A stretch of 64,000 nucleotides of DNA, from positions 1 through 64,000 of the IMG/VR virus record IMGVR_UViG_2061766007_000075; one strand, given 5' to 3'. Shown piece by piece: positions 45,315 to 56,600 of this stretch; positions within the stretch are counted from its first letter, which is position 1; the number at the start of each line of letters is the position of its first letter. Origin of the DNA: an uncultured virus (IMG/VR IMGVR_UViG_2061766007_000075). Lineage: Duplodnaviria; Heunggongvirae; Uroviricota; Caudoviricetes. The position numbers and the translations under genes are program-made. The notes under the pieces are model-generated. The model was not told the origin of the DNA. It searched no databases and saw nothing but the letters and a program-made list of their open reading frames with translations.

Positions 45315-46061
45315 ATGGGGAAAGTCCTTGTTGTAATACCCTACTGCTCTGAAGGAGCGCAAGGGAGAGAACTTGAATATGCGGTTGCTGGATGGCGCCG
45401 TCATTTCAAGGAAGACTACTTGATTGTCATCGCGGGAGAATACCACCCCGTCGTGGAAAGCGGTGACGATATTATCTGCATCGAATCTGAGCGTGTCCCC
45501 GAGATTGAAGACCAATACAGGCCGCATCTCGACTATGTCTCTTGTTTCAAGAAAGTTCATGCGGCATTCCCCGACAGTGAAGGGTTTATCTTCGTCGCTG
45601 ACGACTGCTATGCCGTGAACGACTTCGACCTCGTCGATGTTAAGGTACTAAAGGCAATTAACGGTCCGATATTCCGTGTTGCGAACCCCTACAACAAATG
45701 GGAGGTCGATGCCGCCAAGACGAGATGGGAGTTGTCGAAAGCGGGCTATCCGCTGAACAATTACACTACGCACCTTCCGCAATGGTACGATTGGGACAAG
45801 ATACAGCAGATATGGGACATGTTCGACATGGAGCATGTTAGTTACTGCATTGAGGACTTGTACTATAATATCCATTATGCGGATAGATTGCCAATTCTTC
45901 TGAATGAGGACGGAGGCAACATGAAATTGGGGGTGTACTCGGAAGGGTACGATATGGACTTTCTGCAGTCCGCGATAGGGCACAAGATATGGATAACGAA
46001 CTCCCCCGTCGGATGGAGCCCTATCCTTGAAGAGTTTTTAACAAAATATTATGGAATCTAA
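45315..46061 (+). CDS. Stealth-like / GT-A fold sugar(-phosphate) transferase
   Basis: VVIPY...ELEYAV, FIFVADD, NYTTHLP, EDLYYN motifs. Confidence 0.6.
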   Translation: MGKVLVVIPYCSEGAQGRELEYAVAGWRRHFKEDYLIVIAGEYHPVVESGDDIICIESERVPEIEDQYRPHLDYVSCFKKVHAAFPDSEGFIFVADDCYAVNDFDLVDVKVLKAINGPIFRVANPYNKWEVDAAKTRWELSKAGYPLNNYTTHLPQWYDWDKIQQIWDMFDMEHVSYCIEDLYYNIHYADRLPILLNEDGGNMKLGVYSEGYDMDFLQSAIGHKIWITNSPVGWSPILEEFLTKYYGI

Positions 46062-46581
46062 ATCGGAACAGTTCTTACATGGTGCTTATGAAACCATCGT
46101 GCATGCGCCATGCGTGGTTGAGGTTGGCGGGCGCAAGTACAAAGTGCGCCAAGTGGCACAGAAGGTCAAGACCAAGATTCAACTGCTTGAACTTGAGGCG
46201 CAATATCTTGAGGCGAAAGGTAAAGAGGGGACGGACATAAAGGACGCGAAGCGGATAGCGAAGAAACTGTATTCGCTTCACTCCAAGAAGGCGGCTTATT
46301 ACCTTCTTGGGAATTGGGCGCTTTTTGCGCCATGGTTGTGGGCGCTGAAATGGCGTATTCTGCAACTGCGGGGAAACGAAGTCACATTTAGAATTAACGC
46401 AGCGGGGGCGATAAGCGAAGACTTGGGTTTTTTCAAAGCCAACTTGCAACTCTCAAAGCAGGAACGCGAGCTTTGTATGAAGCAGGTTGGCGAAGTCGCC
46501 AAGCAGCAGCAAGAGCGGCTGGAAAGCGTGATGAATATGTTGGAGAAGGACGCTTTGGGGATAAGGGAGGACGACAAGTAA
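46051..46581 (+). CDS. Tail assembly chaperone (G-like)
   Basis: Position upstream of the tape measure; overlapping -1 frame ORF. Confidence 0.6.
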   Translation: MESKSEQFLHGAYETIVHAPCVVEVGGRKYKVRQVAQKVKTKIQLLELEAQYLEAKGKEGTDIKDAKRIAKKLYSLHSKKAAYYLLGNWALFAPWLWALKWRILQLRGNEVTFRINAAGAISEDLGFFKANLQLSKQERELCMKQVGEVAKQQQERLESVMNMLEKDALGIREDDK

Positions 46582-46901
46582 ACTCGGCGTTCTCTTGCTC
46601 AGAGCATAACGAGCGGATTAAACATATATACGGCAACTACGGATTTTGGTCATGGTTCCGCTATTGGTACATCGATTCCGTGAACTACGTGACGATGTTG
46701 TTGCTCGACAAGGGCTACTTTGACTACGACTTCGAGAAAGTCGAGAAAGAGGTGAGATGGGAAGACACGATCAAAAGTGACGAAGAGGTCTCAGATATGC
46801 TCGCAATGTTCGGCATGGGCCCGAAGGTACAAGCGGCGAGGAGACCCGAAACGGCAGAGGAAATTCAAGATTATCTTATAAAAAACATGAAGGAGGAATA
46901 G
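46473..46901 (+). CDS. Tail assembly chaperone extension (T-like, probably via -1 frameshift)
   Basis: -1 frame open from 46425 to 46901; no convincing start of its own. Confidence 0.5.
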   Translation: MYEAGWRSRQAAARAAGKRDEYVGEGRFGDKGGRQVNSAFSCSEHNERIKHIYGNYGFWSWFRYWYIDSVNYVTMLLLDKGYFDYDFEKVEKEVRWEDTIKSDEEVSDMLAMFGMGPKVQAARRPETAEEIQDYLIKNMKEE

Positions 46902-46904
46902 GTT

Positions 46905-49900
46905 ATGGCAGAAGGTGTAAAAATACCAGTAGTAATCGATATTGAAGGGGCGTTTAATGCAGCTGCTAAGAGCGTTAAGACAGCAATGGACCCTTTACGC
47001 GATGCGATTGAATCCGCGCCGCTATCTCTTTTTATAGATGTCAAGATTCCGAATAAAGGGAAGAAAGTCCTTATCGAACTTTTCGACGACGCGAGGACTT
47101 CTACAGAGGAATTCCAAATAGCACTCAATCAAGTTATACAGAAGATTGACAAAATTGCGCTCAAGGGTGGGTTCAATTTAGGCAAGGGTCTTTCGGAAGA
47201 TGAACGGAATCTCCTCGAAGCTGCTACTCTCCTTGAAAGGAAACTGACAGGCGTCGGCGATGAGGCGTCTGCTATGACTCGCGTCTTCTCCATTAACATG
47301 AAACGAGCCGAGGCCGACTTACAGAAGTATGCCTCGCAACTCGACAAATTAACGATCAAACAGAACCGTCTCAAGAAATTCGATGCTAACGGCCTTGTTA
47401 GCACCAAGCAGTCGTCTCAGTATAAGAGGGTCTCGACAGAGATCGACGGCATGAACCTTAAGATTGCCCAAACAAGGCAATTCCTTGCCGCATGCAGCGT
47501 TGAACTTGATAAAATCACTCACGGAAGCAAGAATGCGGGAGTAGCCATGTCCGTGCTTCCGTCCGAGGCGGTAAAGATGGCTGAGGGCTTTCGCCAAGGC
47601 TCTGTTTACCTCGCGCAATGGAATGCTGCATTAGGTACGGCGAATAATAGAATGGGGATGCTCTTAAAGAGTGCCGCGTCGTTATTTGCACTCCACGCCG
47701 CTACAAGTTTTGTAAGGAATGTCAGAGAGGTTACGTCTGAATTTGAAATGCAGAGAGTCGCGCTCGGCGGTATTATTCAAGATACCGAGATGGCGGGAAA
47801 GCTCTTCAAACGGATCAAGGCAGCGGCAATTCAGTCCCCGTTCGAAATTAAAGACCTAGTCTCCTTTACAAAGCAGCTTTCAGCTTATCGTATCGAAACT
47901 GAGAACTTGTTTGATGTCACGATGAGGTTGGCCGACATCTCTGCTGGTCTCGGCGTCGATATGTCTCGCCTTGTTCTTGCATACGGTCAGGTCCGCGCCG
48001 CGTCTGTTTTGCGTGGTCAAGAACTTCGTCAGTTCACCGAAGCGGGCATCCCTCTCGTTGAGTTGCTTGCAAAGAAATTTGAGAAGTTAGGTAGGGTTGG
48101 CACGACAACCGCCGATGTCTTTGAACTTATATCCAAACGAGCTGTCCCCTTTAGAATGATTGAGGAGATATTCAACGATATGACATCTGCGGGAGGCATC
48201 TTCTACAAGATGCAAGAGAAACAGTCTGAGACGCTTAAGGGCCAGTGGATGAAGTTAAAAGACGCTCTTTCTATTATGTACGATGAGATAGGTAACACGC
48301 GTGTCGTACATGGCGCCATGGAGACGCTTATGAAGGACGCGATGAAACTCATGCAGAATTGGAAAGAGGCATCAAAGTACATAGGCATTGCCGTTACCGC
48401 CCTTACTGCATATAAAATTGCGCTTATTAACGCTAGGATCGCGGAGAATGCGCTGACTGCGGCACAAGTGTCTGAGATTTCTGCCCTTCAGCTTAATGTA
48501 GTGCAAAGAAATAGGGTGATTGCGTCTTTATTTGGAGAGACGGCAGCCACGAAGGTGCAAGTTGCGATGGGGAATCTGTATGTCGCCGTAAAAAGGCGCG
48601 AGCTAGCGGCGACTAATCTTTTTACCGCGTCTCTATACAGAATGACGGCGGCCTTACTTGCGAATCCGTATGCTATCGCCCTCGCGGGGATTGCGGCCCT
48701 TGTCGCTATTCTAATTAAGTTTACAATTAAAAGTAAAGAGGCCAAAATAACCGTTGATGCTTTCCAAAAGTCAATAGCGAGCTTTGACAAGGCAAAAACT
48801 CACGCCAACGATATAAGTAATCTTTGTGATGTCTATGATGAGTTAAGCAAGAAGGCGACAAGGACAAAAGACGAAGAAGAAAAATTAGCAAGGGTAACTA
48901 AGGATTTGGCAAAAGCATATCCGTCCGCAGTTTCTGGCGCTGAAAATCATACGCGAGCAATAACTCTTGATACAACCGCCATTCGAGAAAGAAATGACGC
49001 AGTAAAAGAAGCAATTAAGCTGTCCTTGCTCCAAGATAAGGCGATGGCGGAGGCAGAAATATCCAACCTACAAGCAGAATATAATCAAATCTCGGAGACA
49101 TTAAAGCGCGGTACTGTTATTAAAGGCGCTTTTGGCGGCACTTGGGAGGAGGTGCTCACCGAAGAACAAAAGGCTCGTTTAGGTTCAAGACTAATTGAAT
49201 TAGAGCAATTATTGGGAGATTTTAGGGAAGCGAGTAATGAAGCCGAGGAGTCTATTAAAGAATTTTCGGCAGAGCTTATTGGCCCCGAGGTCCCTAAATT
49301 TTTCGGAGACGCTTGGAGAATGCAAATTTCTCAATATACAGTCATGCTCGATGAGGCTGCGGGAAAGACACAAGTCTTTGGCGACGACCAAATCAAGCAG
49401 TTTAAAAGCGTTAAAGACGCATGTGACGAAGCCGCGAAAGGATATAAGGAGCAGGCCAAACTTGTTGAGTTTTATGCAAAAGCGTTAGAGAAGGCGACGG
49501 GCAAGCAGAAGGAACAATTACTCTCGCTAAAGACAAACGCGGAGGCGATGAAGAACATCTATGGGCAAGTTCTTACTGATTACAACGCATGGAATCTTGT
49601 TGAAGAAAAGAAGCCTCGCGGCGGCGACAAGCGGTTATCGAACCTTAACAAGAGAATCAGCGAGATAAAGAACGCATATAATAAATATAACGAACTTCTG
49701 AAATACGTCAGCAAGGAGAATGCCCTTCTTAATATTGACGAGATGTTCCCCACCCTTGAGGGTTGGCAACCGACTTATGAGAATATGCTCGGTAAGTTAG
49801 AAAAAGAACTTAAAGATGTCGAGGAGAGCAGAAAGAAGAAACCATACGACCCCGTCCTTCTCGATATGGAGCGTGTCTTGCGTAAGGAGATTGCCCAAGT

Positions 49901-52205
49901 TAAGTTTGATAAGATTAAGAAGGATATTGAAGAACAACTTCAGAAACTTTCTAATGAGATTAAACGTAGTGAGGCGGCACAAAATTTCTATCGTAATATT
50001 CTTGGAACAACTGGTGATACGGAATTATCAAGAACACTGACGGTCGCTGTCTATGGCAATATTGGCGAAGATTTTGAGAAGCGCATCGAAAAGGAACTTG
50101 ATAATGCTTTTGCGCGCATAGACCCGAGCGAGATGGACCAAACCGCTTATGAGGAATTAATTAAGGCGCGTGTAGATAAGAACTTCGATGCTATTAGGGA
50201 CAACATAGACAAGATACCCGAGAATGTTAGGTCTATGTATTTGAAGATTCTTGATGAGGTAGACAAGTATAACTCAAGCCTTCAGAAAAAGTTTGCTGAC
50301 GCCATCGCCAAGTCTGGCAACGCCGCTCAAAGAATTGCCACCATTGAGGCGAAGGCAAATCAAGATATTCTAGACCTTCAGCAAGCGGCGGCGCAAGCCA
50401 CAGCCAAGGCCAAGACACAGAAAGAAAAAGACGCGATTAACGCAGCTCTAGAGCAATCAATAGAAATGATAGAGGGCAAGAAGCGTCTTGACATTTTTAA
50501 GGCGAGCGAGGACTATATAAGATACTTTGCCGAGTTGAATGTCATGACTGCAGAAGAGGCGGCTAAAATACAAGGAGATTTTAAGCAACAACTTTACGAC
50601 GCTTTCAGGACAGGCGCCATAGGTGCTGATGAACTTGTTCGCTCTCTGCGCGCGGTCGATAAACAGTTCAATAAGATAACAAAAATATCAACGGATTTCA
50701 CAACATATCTTTCTGATGGCATTGACGGCATCATTAAGCGTTTCGAAGACTATGCCACGACGGTAGAATATATCGGCGCAAAGATTGGCAAAGGGGAATC
50801 CTTGACTGCGGGAGAGACGCAGTTCGCCGACAAGATGCTTAAGAGATTTGCAAGCACTTATGGCGACGACCAAATTAAGAATGTAAAGAGCGTTTCCGAA
50901 CTTTTAGAACAATTCCCTAAAAACAAGGAAGGGCTACAATCCGCTGGTATGGCCTTCTCTCAGATGGGGCAAGGTATGTCGGCTATGGCGGGCAAGGGTT
51001 CTGCCGCCCTCGCCATCGTCGATGCTATCTTCAAGGCGATTAACGGCGCTATTACGGGCATCCAAGAGTTTATCGACGAGCTGAACCGCACGCGTACCGA
51101 GGAGAACAAAGTCGCGGAGGGAATGAAGTACATCAGCGACATAAACAAATATGTTTATGAGGGATGGGAAAAAGTAAAGGCAGGAGATGTTATCGGCTCC
51201 TTGATGAACCTTGCTTCTGCAGTCGCTTCTGTTACAAGCAATATTCAAGAGGACAAAGTTAAGCGGTTCAACGACGAAATTAAGGACCAAGACCGCCTCT
51301 TGAAGCGTCTAACCTATTCTTACGAGCGCTTGACTCAGCAAGAGGAGAAACTCTTCGGCGCCGACTTTATCGAGTCGCAGAATCAGAAACTCGCGGTGCT
51401 TCAAGCACAAAGGGAAGCATATCTTCGTCAAGCGGCGGCAGAAGCGGCGAAAGGCAAGAGCTCTGATAGCGACAAGGTTCAAGAGTACAAGGATTTGGCT
51501 CGCGACATCGCGGACCAAATCTCTGACATGTACGACGAGATACAGCAGAAGTTCCTCGGCACCGACCTTGCGTCGGCTTCGCGTGATTTCGCGTCTGCAT
51601 GGATTGACGCATACGAGGAATTCAGTAGCACGACAGATGCCATCAATGACAAGTTCGAGGAGATGATTAAGAACATGGTCATTGAGTCTATGGCGGCTAA
51701 GATTATTGAGCGGAACCTTTCTTCTGTCTTTGACCTTGTTGACAAACTCACCGAAGATGACGGTCAGCTTACAGTAACCGACGCGGCGTTAGTCGCCTCC
51801 AAGATGAAGGGCTCCATCGAGGATATCAATGTCGGCATGACGAACCTCATGACTCAGCTCGATGCCGTCGGCATCAACTTCCGCTCAATGGGTTCGGGGC
51901 TCACTGGTATCGCGAAGGACTTTCAAGGTGCTAGCGAGGAGTCTATTCTTGGACTCTCCGCTGGGGTCAACACGCAAAACTTCTACATGTCGCTTATCCA
52001 CGACGACGTACAGACAATTAAGTCGATTCTGTCGGGGACAACGACGGCTCCGAACATCAATGTTTCCGTGCTCCCCGAGACAGACCCGCTGCGAAACCAT
52101 GTTTCAAACATCAATGTAAATCTCGCGGAATTGCTCCGTAAAGTAAACAGTGTAATTACTTCGGGAAGTTCGAGCACAAATACAGCTTTTATTGCTGTGA
52201 AGTAA
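46905..52205 (+). CDS. Tape measure protein
   Basis: 1766-aa helical protein; SPFE...KQLSAY...LADISAG...AYGQV...QELRQFTEAGIP tape-measure domain. Confidence 0.92.
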   Translation: MAEGVKIPVVIDIEGAFNAAAKSVKTAMDPLRDAIESAPLSLFIDVKIPNKGKKVLIELFDDARTSTEEFQIALNQVIQKIDKIALKGGFNLGKGLSEDERNLLEAATLLERKLTGVGDEASAMTRVFSINMKRAEADLQKYASQLDKLTIKQNRLKKFDANGLVSTKQSSQYKRVSTEIDGMNLKIAQTRQFLAACSVELDKITHGSKNAGVAMSVLPSEAVKMAEGFRQGSVYLAQWNAALGTANNRMGMLLKSAASLFALHAATSFVRNVREVTSEFEMQRVALGGIIQDTEMAGKLFKRIKAAAIQSPFEIKDLVSFTKQLSAYRIETENLFDVTMRLADISAGLGVDMSRLVLAYGQVRAASVLRGQELRQFTEAGIPLVELLAKKFEKLGRVGTTTADVFELISKRAVPFRMIEEIFNDMTSAGGIFYKMQEKQSETLKGQWMKLKDALSIMYDEIGNTRVVHGAMETLMKDAMKLMQNWKEASKYIGIAVTALTAYKIALINARIAENALTAAQVSEISALQLNVVQRNRVIASLFGETAATKVQVAMGNLYVAVKRRELAATNLFTASLYRMTAALLANPYAIALAGIAALVAILIKFTIKSKEAKITVDAFQKSIASFDKAKTHANDISNLCDVYDELSKKATRTKDEEEKLARVTKDLAKAYPSAVSGAENHTRAITLDTTAIRERNDAVKEAIKLSLLQDKAMAEAEISNLQAEYNQISETLKRGTVIKGAFGGTWEEVLTEEQKARLGSRLIELEQLLGDFREASNEAEESIKEFSAELIGPEVPKFFGDAWRMQISQYTVMLDEAAGKTQVFGDDQIKQFKSVKDACDEAAKGYKEQAKLVEFYAKALEKATGKQKEQLLSLKTNAEAMKNIYGQVLTDYNAWNLVEEKKPRGGDKRLSNLNKRISEIKNAYNKYNELLKYVSKENALLNIDEMFPTLEGWQPTYENMLGKLEKELKDVEESRKKKPYDPVLLDMERVLRKEIAQVKFDKIKKDIEEQLQKLSNEIKRSEAAQNFYRNILGTTGDTELSRTLTVAVYGNIGEDFEKRIEKELDNAFARIDPSEMDQTAYEELIKARVDKNFDAIRDNIDKIPENVRSMYLKILDEVDKYNSSLQKKFADAIAKSGNAAQRIATIEAKANQDILDLQQAAAQATAKAKTQKEKDAINAALEQSIEMIEGKKRLDIFKASEDYIRYFAELNVMTAEEAAKIQGDFKQQLYDAFRTGAIGADELVRSLRAVDKQFNKITKISTDFTTYLSDGIDGIIKRFEDYATTVEYIGAKIGKGESLTAGETQFADKMLKRFASTYGDDQIKNVKSVSELLEQFPKNKEGLQSAGMAFSQMGQGMSAMAGKGSAALAIVDAIFKAINGAITGIQEFIDELNRTRTEENKVAEGMKYISDINKYVYEGWEKVKAGDVIGSLMNLASAVASVTSNIQEDKVKRFNDEIKDQDRLLKRLTYSYERLTQQEEKLFGADFIESQNQKLAVLQAQREAYLRQAAAEAAKGKSSDSDKVQEYKDLARDIADQISDMYDEIQQKFLGTDLASASRDFASAWIDAYEEFSSTTDAINDKFEEMIKNMVIESMAAKIIERNLSSVFDLVDKLTEDDGQLTVTDAALVASKMKGSIEDINVGMTNLMTQLDAVGINFRSMGSGLTGIAKDFQGASEESILGLSAGVNTQNFYMSLIHDDVQTIKSILSGTTTAPNINVSVLPETDPLRNHVSNINVNLAELLRKVNSVITSGSSSTNTAFIAVK

Positions 52206-52217
52206 AATTATTTTTTG

Positions 52218-52225
52218 TACCTTTG
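52218..52225 (+). promoter_or_regulatory. -7 promoter box
   Basis: TACCTTTG 4 nt before ATG 52230. Confidence 0.5.
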
Positions 52226-52229
52226 TGGT

Positions 52230-52718
52230 ATGATGGAATCAAATTGGAAAAAGATACTTCGGCGCGGGGCCTCCTTACACCATATGTGCGAGGAGAACCG
52301 CTCCGCGCTTGAAGAATGTGGTTCCAAAAGTGACGCCATCGCTCTTTACAAAAAGACTATTGATTGGGCTCTCGAGGAGGGTTATCCTTCATTACAAGTA
52401 TTGGAGTCGGAGTTCTCCGACTGCGAGGCTGACGGCGTCTTCGTTGGCAAACATTTTAACGGTGAATTGCTCGATGCGCAGCAAGTGTATGTCTTCCACC
52501 ACTGCAGTGGGTGGATTCGTACTGGGCTGAACATTCAAGAGCAGAATATCCCGATGCTTTACTTTGCCAACGGATGCGATATGAAGGTCTTGGGGAACGG
52601 CGTAGGCACCCCCTCATCTCCTTCTCGAGTCCCTCTCTATGTCTTCGGTGACAACAAGGTCAGAACGACCGCAGACGATAACATTGAATGGGTTACATAC
52701 CCCTTTGAAGTAAAATAG
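52230..52718 (+). CDS. Conserved phage hypothetical protein
   Basis: LYKKTIDWALEEGYPS motif; follows the tape measure gene. Confidence 0.75.
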   Translation: MMESNWKKILRRGASLHHMCEENRSALEECGSKSDAIALYKKTIDWALEEGYPSLQVLESEFSDCEADGVFVGKHFNGELLDAQQVYVFHHCSGWIRTGLNIQEQNIPMLYFANGCDMKVLGNGVGTPSSPSRVPLYVFGDNKVRTTADDNIEWVTYPFEVK

Positions 52719-52730
52719 GAGGGCATTATT

Positions 52731-53138
52731 ATGGCAGCAGCGGAAGGTACAGCAACATGGCTCATAGTTCTCGAGAACTGTGTATTGCCGATAGTGACAT
52801 TAATTCTTGGATGGTTTGGCAATGTTTGGCGAAACAAACAGAAGAAGGAGCAAGACATCCTATCGAATGTGCAGCAGATTCTGAACATTCAGAAGGACTA
52901 CATCGCCGAACAGCAGAGTACGCTTCAAGACGCGAAGAATGTCAACAAGCGCCTCGAAGCAAAATTAGACAAGAAAGACCGTGCCATCCGCAAGGCAAAT
53001 GGATGCAAGTGGACTAACGACGGCGACGGATGTCCTGTCCTCGGTGAAGTTGACCGCTTGGAAGACCATTACGTAACTGACTGCGAACATTGCAAATATC
53101 ACCAAGAAGAGAAACCCGAAAGCGAGGAAAAACAATGA
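52731..53138 (+). CDS. Membrane protein, holin/antiholin-like
   Basis: N-terminal TM helix, coiled coil, C-terminal Cys cluster. Confidence 0.5.
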   Translation: MAAAEGTATWLIVLENCVLPIVTLILGWFGNVWRNKQKKEQDILSNVQQILNIQKDYIAEQQSTLQDAKNVNKRLEAKLDKKDRAIRKANGCKWTNDGDGCPVLGEVDRLEDHYVTDCEHCKYHQEEKPESEEKQ

Positions 53139-53647
53139 TAACGGTTAGAGTCAAAATAGGCGACGGTGCTATAACGGATACTGCCGACTTAGGGCTGATT
53201 TACCTCGATTCCGACAAGCGGGTCGGGTCAGACAATAAAGGATATGAATCGACTTCATATCCCGAGGAGGCGGGGGAGCATATTCTTCCGAAGATAGCGG
53301 ATGCTCCGTTCGACTACAAGGTTAAGTTTTTTGTTGACCCGAATTTCTTTTCGGGCAACCCTGTCACTCTTCAAAATGTCAACAAAACCATAAATGCGTT
53401 CAATAAGTCTCTCTATACATTAGCGACGGGCAGTACGCTCAAGACCTACAAACAAGTCACCTTCTACAACGACTACAAGCGCCATAAGATAGTTGGCTAT
53501 CCTTACGAAATATCTGAGGCGACAGACTTTTGGCGCGGTGTGTCGAGTTCGCGCAATGACATCGCCGTCGTCGAATGGACTATAAGAGTGAACGATCCGA
53601 GCCTATGTGAATACGAAACGCCGTTTAGCGATGATTCCTCAAATTAG
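53135..53647 (+). CDS. Distal tail (Dit-like) protein
   Basis: Position before the hub; YPEEAGEH and VTFYNDYK...IVGYP; start reassigned to 53135. Confidence 0.55.
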   Translation: MITVRVKIGDGAITDTADLGLIYLDSDKRVGSDNKGYESTSYPEEAGEHILPKIADAPFDYKVKFFVDPNFFSGNPVTLQNVNKTINAFNKSLYTLATGSTLKTYKQVTFYNDYKRHKIVGYPYEISEATDFWRGVSSSRNDIAVVEWTIRVNDPSLCEYETPFSDDSSN

Positions 53648-56600
53648 CGAAATAAACTTCCCCGTAGACGCAAACGGGCATCAGATAGCGACGCTGTCAT
53701 CGGCGACAGTCTCCATGAGTGACATGGGAGACAAGAACATTACGGCATCAGTTAAGGTCGATGGAGGCATCAAGGTCCCTTTTGAGGGCAGTGACGGCGA
53801 ACCGTGGCAGATAGAGTTCCGTGGCGAGCGCTATATTCAGCCCTTACTGATTCCGCAAGCATCGAAGGGTAACGACTCGCTATTCCAAGTTTTCGACTTG
53901 ACCTTCCAGCATTGGGCGATATATCAGATGAAGCGATTCTTCTTCTGCACACTTGCCCCGATTGAGTCGAGCACTGCCATCGCGGACAAATACATCGCCT
54001 CGCTGACGGTTGACCTCCCTGACTTTGCGAAGGCAATAGACGAGATGCTCGAGTTCTACTTCCCCGACAGAAGTGTATATGTCCATGTCGAGGACGACTC
54101 GTATATCAATCCTTTGTTTGACGACTATGACAAGCAGAGAAAAACCATTGAAATCAGTTATTCTTACATATGGGAAGTTCTCCAAAAGACCTACGAACTT
54201 TTTGATTGTCATTGGGAAATCCGAAAGGACGACAACGACAACTACGCGATATGGTTCGGATACCCCGTCGAGGATGGAGAACTGACCCATGTGTTTCAAT
54301 ATGGTTACGAGGGCGGACTCATGCGAATAGAGAGGCAAGTCCAAGACGATAATATCCGTAACCAAATCCTTGGTCGTGGCGGAGAGAAGAATCTCCCGTA
54401 TATGTACTTCAAGGACTACGAGAAGTTCCATCCGAACAGCACGAGTTCTGCTTACGAGAACATCGGCGACCCCGACCCCGACGCTATCCCCGAATTGGAG
54501 AATGTTTATTTCGACCATCTCCGAGACAGTAATTTCCGTTCGTATATTCAAGGATGGAAAGTCAACCCGCATCGCCAAGCCTCGACAGAAGACGGATGGT
54601 CTGTTACATGGGATGAGAACCTTGAGTTCTTGGAGTCAGATGGAACCGTTTATTCCTTTGATGCTGAGCGCGCCGAGGAGGATTGGGCTTATGCGAAGGG
54701 CGCATCGGATGAGACGTTCGACCCCGTCGAGTATGTCAAGGACGACGAGTCAATAGAGAAGTATGGGCTTTTGCAAGCGGGGCTCGACGACAACGAGAAA
54801 GTCTTCCCGACCATCCAAGGGATGACGAGGGCGCTTCCTTGTATCATTCCCAATCATGGTGTTGACCATACCGTTGTGACTCGAGTCGATGAGGTAGTCG
54901 ACGCCGAGAAGGTTGAGACTGATGAGATTGACACGAGCGACCCGATGTCAAAGGCGGTGACAGAGGAGGGGATGGCGTCGCCGAGGATTGATATCCCCCT
55001 GGCGAGCAGAGATGACCACACGATAAACCAACACGGTATCTTTCACGATTTGGAGATAGAGCTGACGCCGACCGAGAGTGACACTATTGTTGAACTTGAC
55101 GATATCGCCGTCAGAGAAGGTTATCTCGGTAATATTTTGAGCGAGATTGCGATATCTGTAAAGGCAAGCTATAATCTTAGGCTGCGTACAGGATTCTATC
55201 GGGACTCTGCAGGCTCAACTACGGGATTGACGACTATTTACCAACGCGTAACAGTAGAAATCCCCAAAGAGAATTACACGGTAACAGATTTTCGCTTCAT
55301 CGAGAAGTCGACGGGAATCGAATACACAGAGGGCTACACTAATATTCCTGCGGGTGTATATAAGGCCGTTATGACTATTCATATGACCTCGGCGACAGCA
55401 GTGATTTACCATAAGCAAGACCCTGATGGGCGAGTCACTATCCCAGATGGCGCGCGTGCTGGTTCCTCGATGACCGCTGGCTTCTCCTTCGTATTCTCTT
55501 GGGTCAAGTTTAACGGAATGGTTGTCCCAAATCGTAACGGCATCTATCATATTACCGTATCCGCGACTGTCTCCCCGAATGAGACTGCTGTGGTGAATGT
55601 CACGGGCGATACCTTTACGGTGCCCGAGGGAGGCGCGCTCTTCATTGAAGTCCCCGTCACTGCTGATGATAAGGCGTGGTGTGGCATCTCGCACGTAGAC
55701 CGATTGGTCAATACAGCAACTGGGCAAGTCGTCAGTTCGTCGAATATCCCCGCAGGAACATACGAACTCCATGTCGAGATAACTTTCCTTAACCGAGACA
55801 GTGCCAATACTCATACCTTTACGGCGACACTTGGCAATGCTTACGTCTATTTCTCAACAAATGCAGAGTCATGGAAGCCGACGTTCGACATTTGGATAAA
55901 GAACCTCTTTGGTACCGACCGAAAGGCATTCCCCTATGGGGATGCGGGCGATTCGCAGTATGTGCATTCGGTATGGGAAAAACTACAAGCTGCAGAATCA
56001 CAAGAGATGACCGTCACCTTCGCGACGGGCAACCTCTCGGGGCATTCCGATTGGGAATTCAAGGTCGCGAAAGACGGCATCTTCTACGACAGCAGCAAGA
56101 GCATAATCGTCCTTGATGATAATGGTAATGAGCATGAAGTTCAGTCCGAATGGCGCCTAAGACTAATTAAGTCTGACGCCGAGGCTGAGACCATACATAA
56201 GTATGTCCCATATAAGGACTTCGACGCTCACGCGGGGGATTTATTTTTCTTCACGAACATCTACCTCCCATGGGAGTATGTTTTCGCTGCTGAACAAGAG
56301 CTGAATGCGGTAAAGACCGCCGAACTCGAGAAATGCAAGGAAATCCTTCCGACATGGGTTGTCCGACTGGACAAAGTTAGGGTCAGCGAATATGACACAA
56401 ATCTAATAAATCGTATCGCGCTTGGTGGCAGAGTCAAAGTCAAAGACGGTCGCTTCACCGAGGAGGCGGGCGTATGGCTCTTTGTCAAATCGATAACGAT
56501 TACATGGCCCGAAAACTATGATAGCGGCATCGGTCTCCCCGACGTAGATATCGTGCTTAGCGACGAGATCGAAACCGCCGTGTCTACAGTGGAGCGCATC

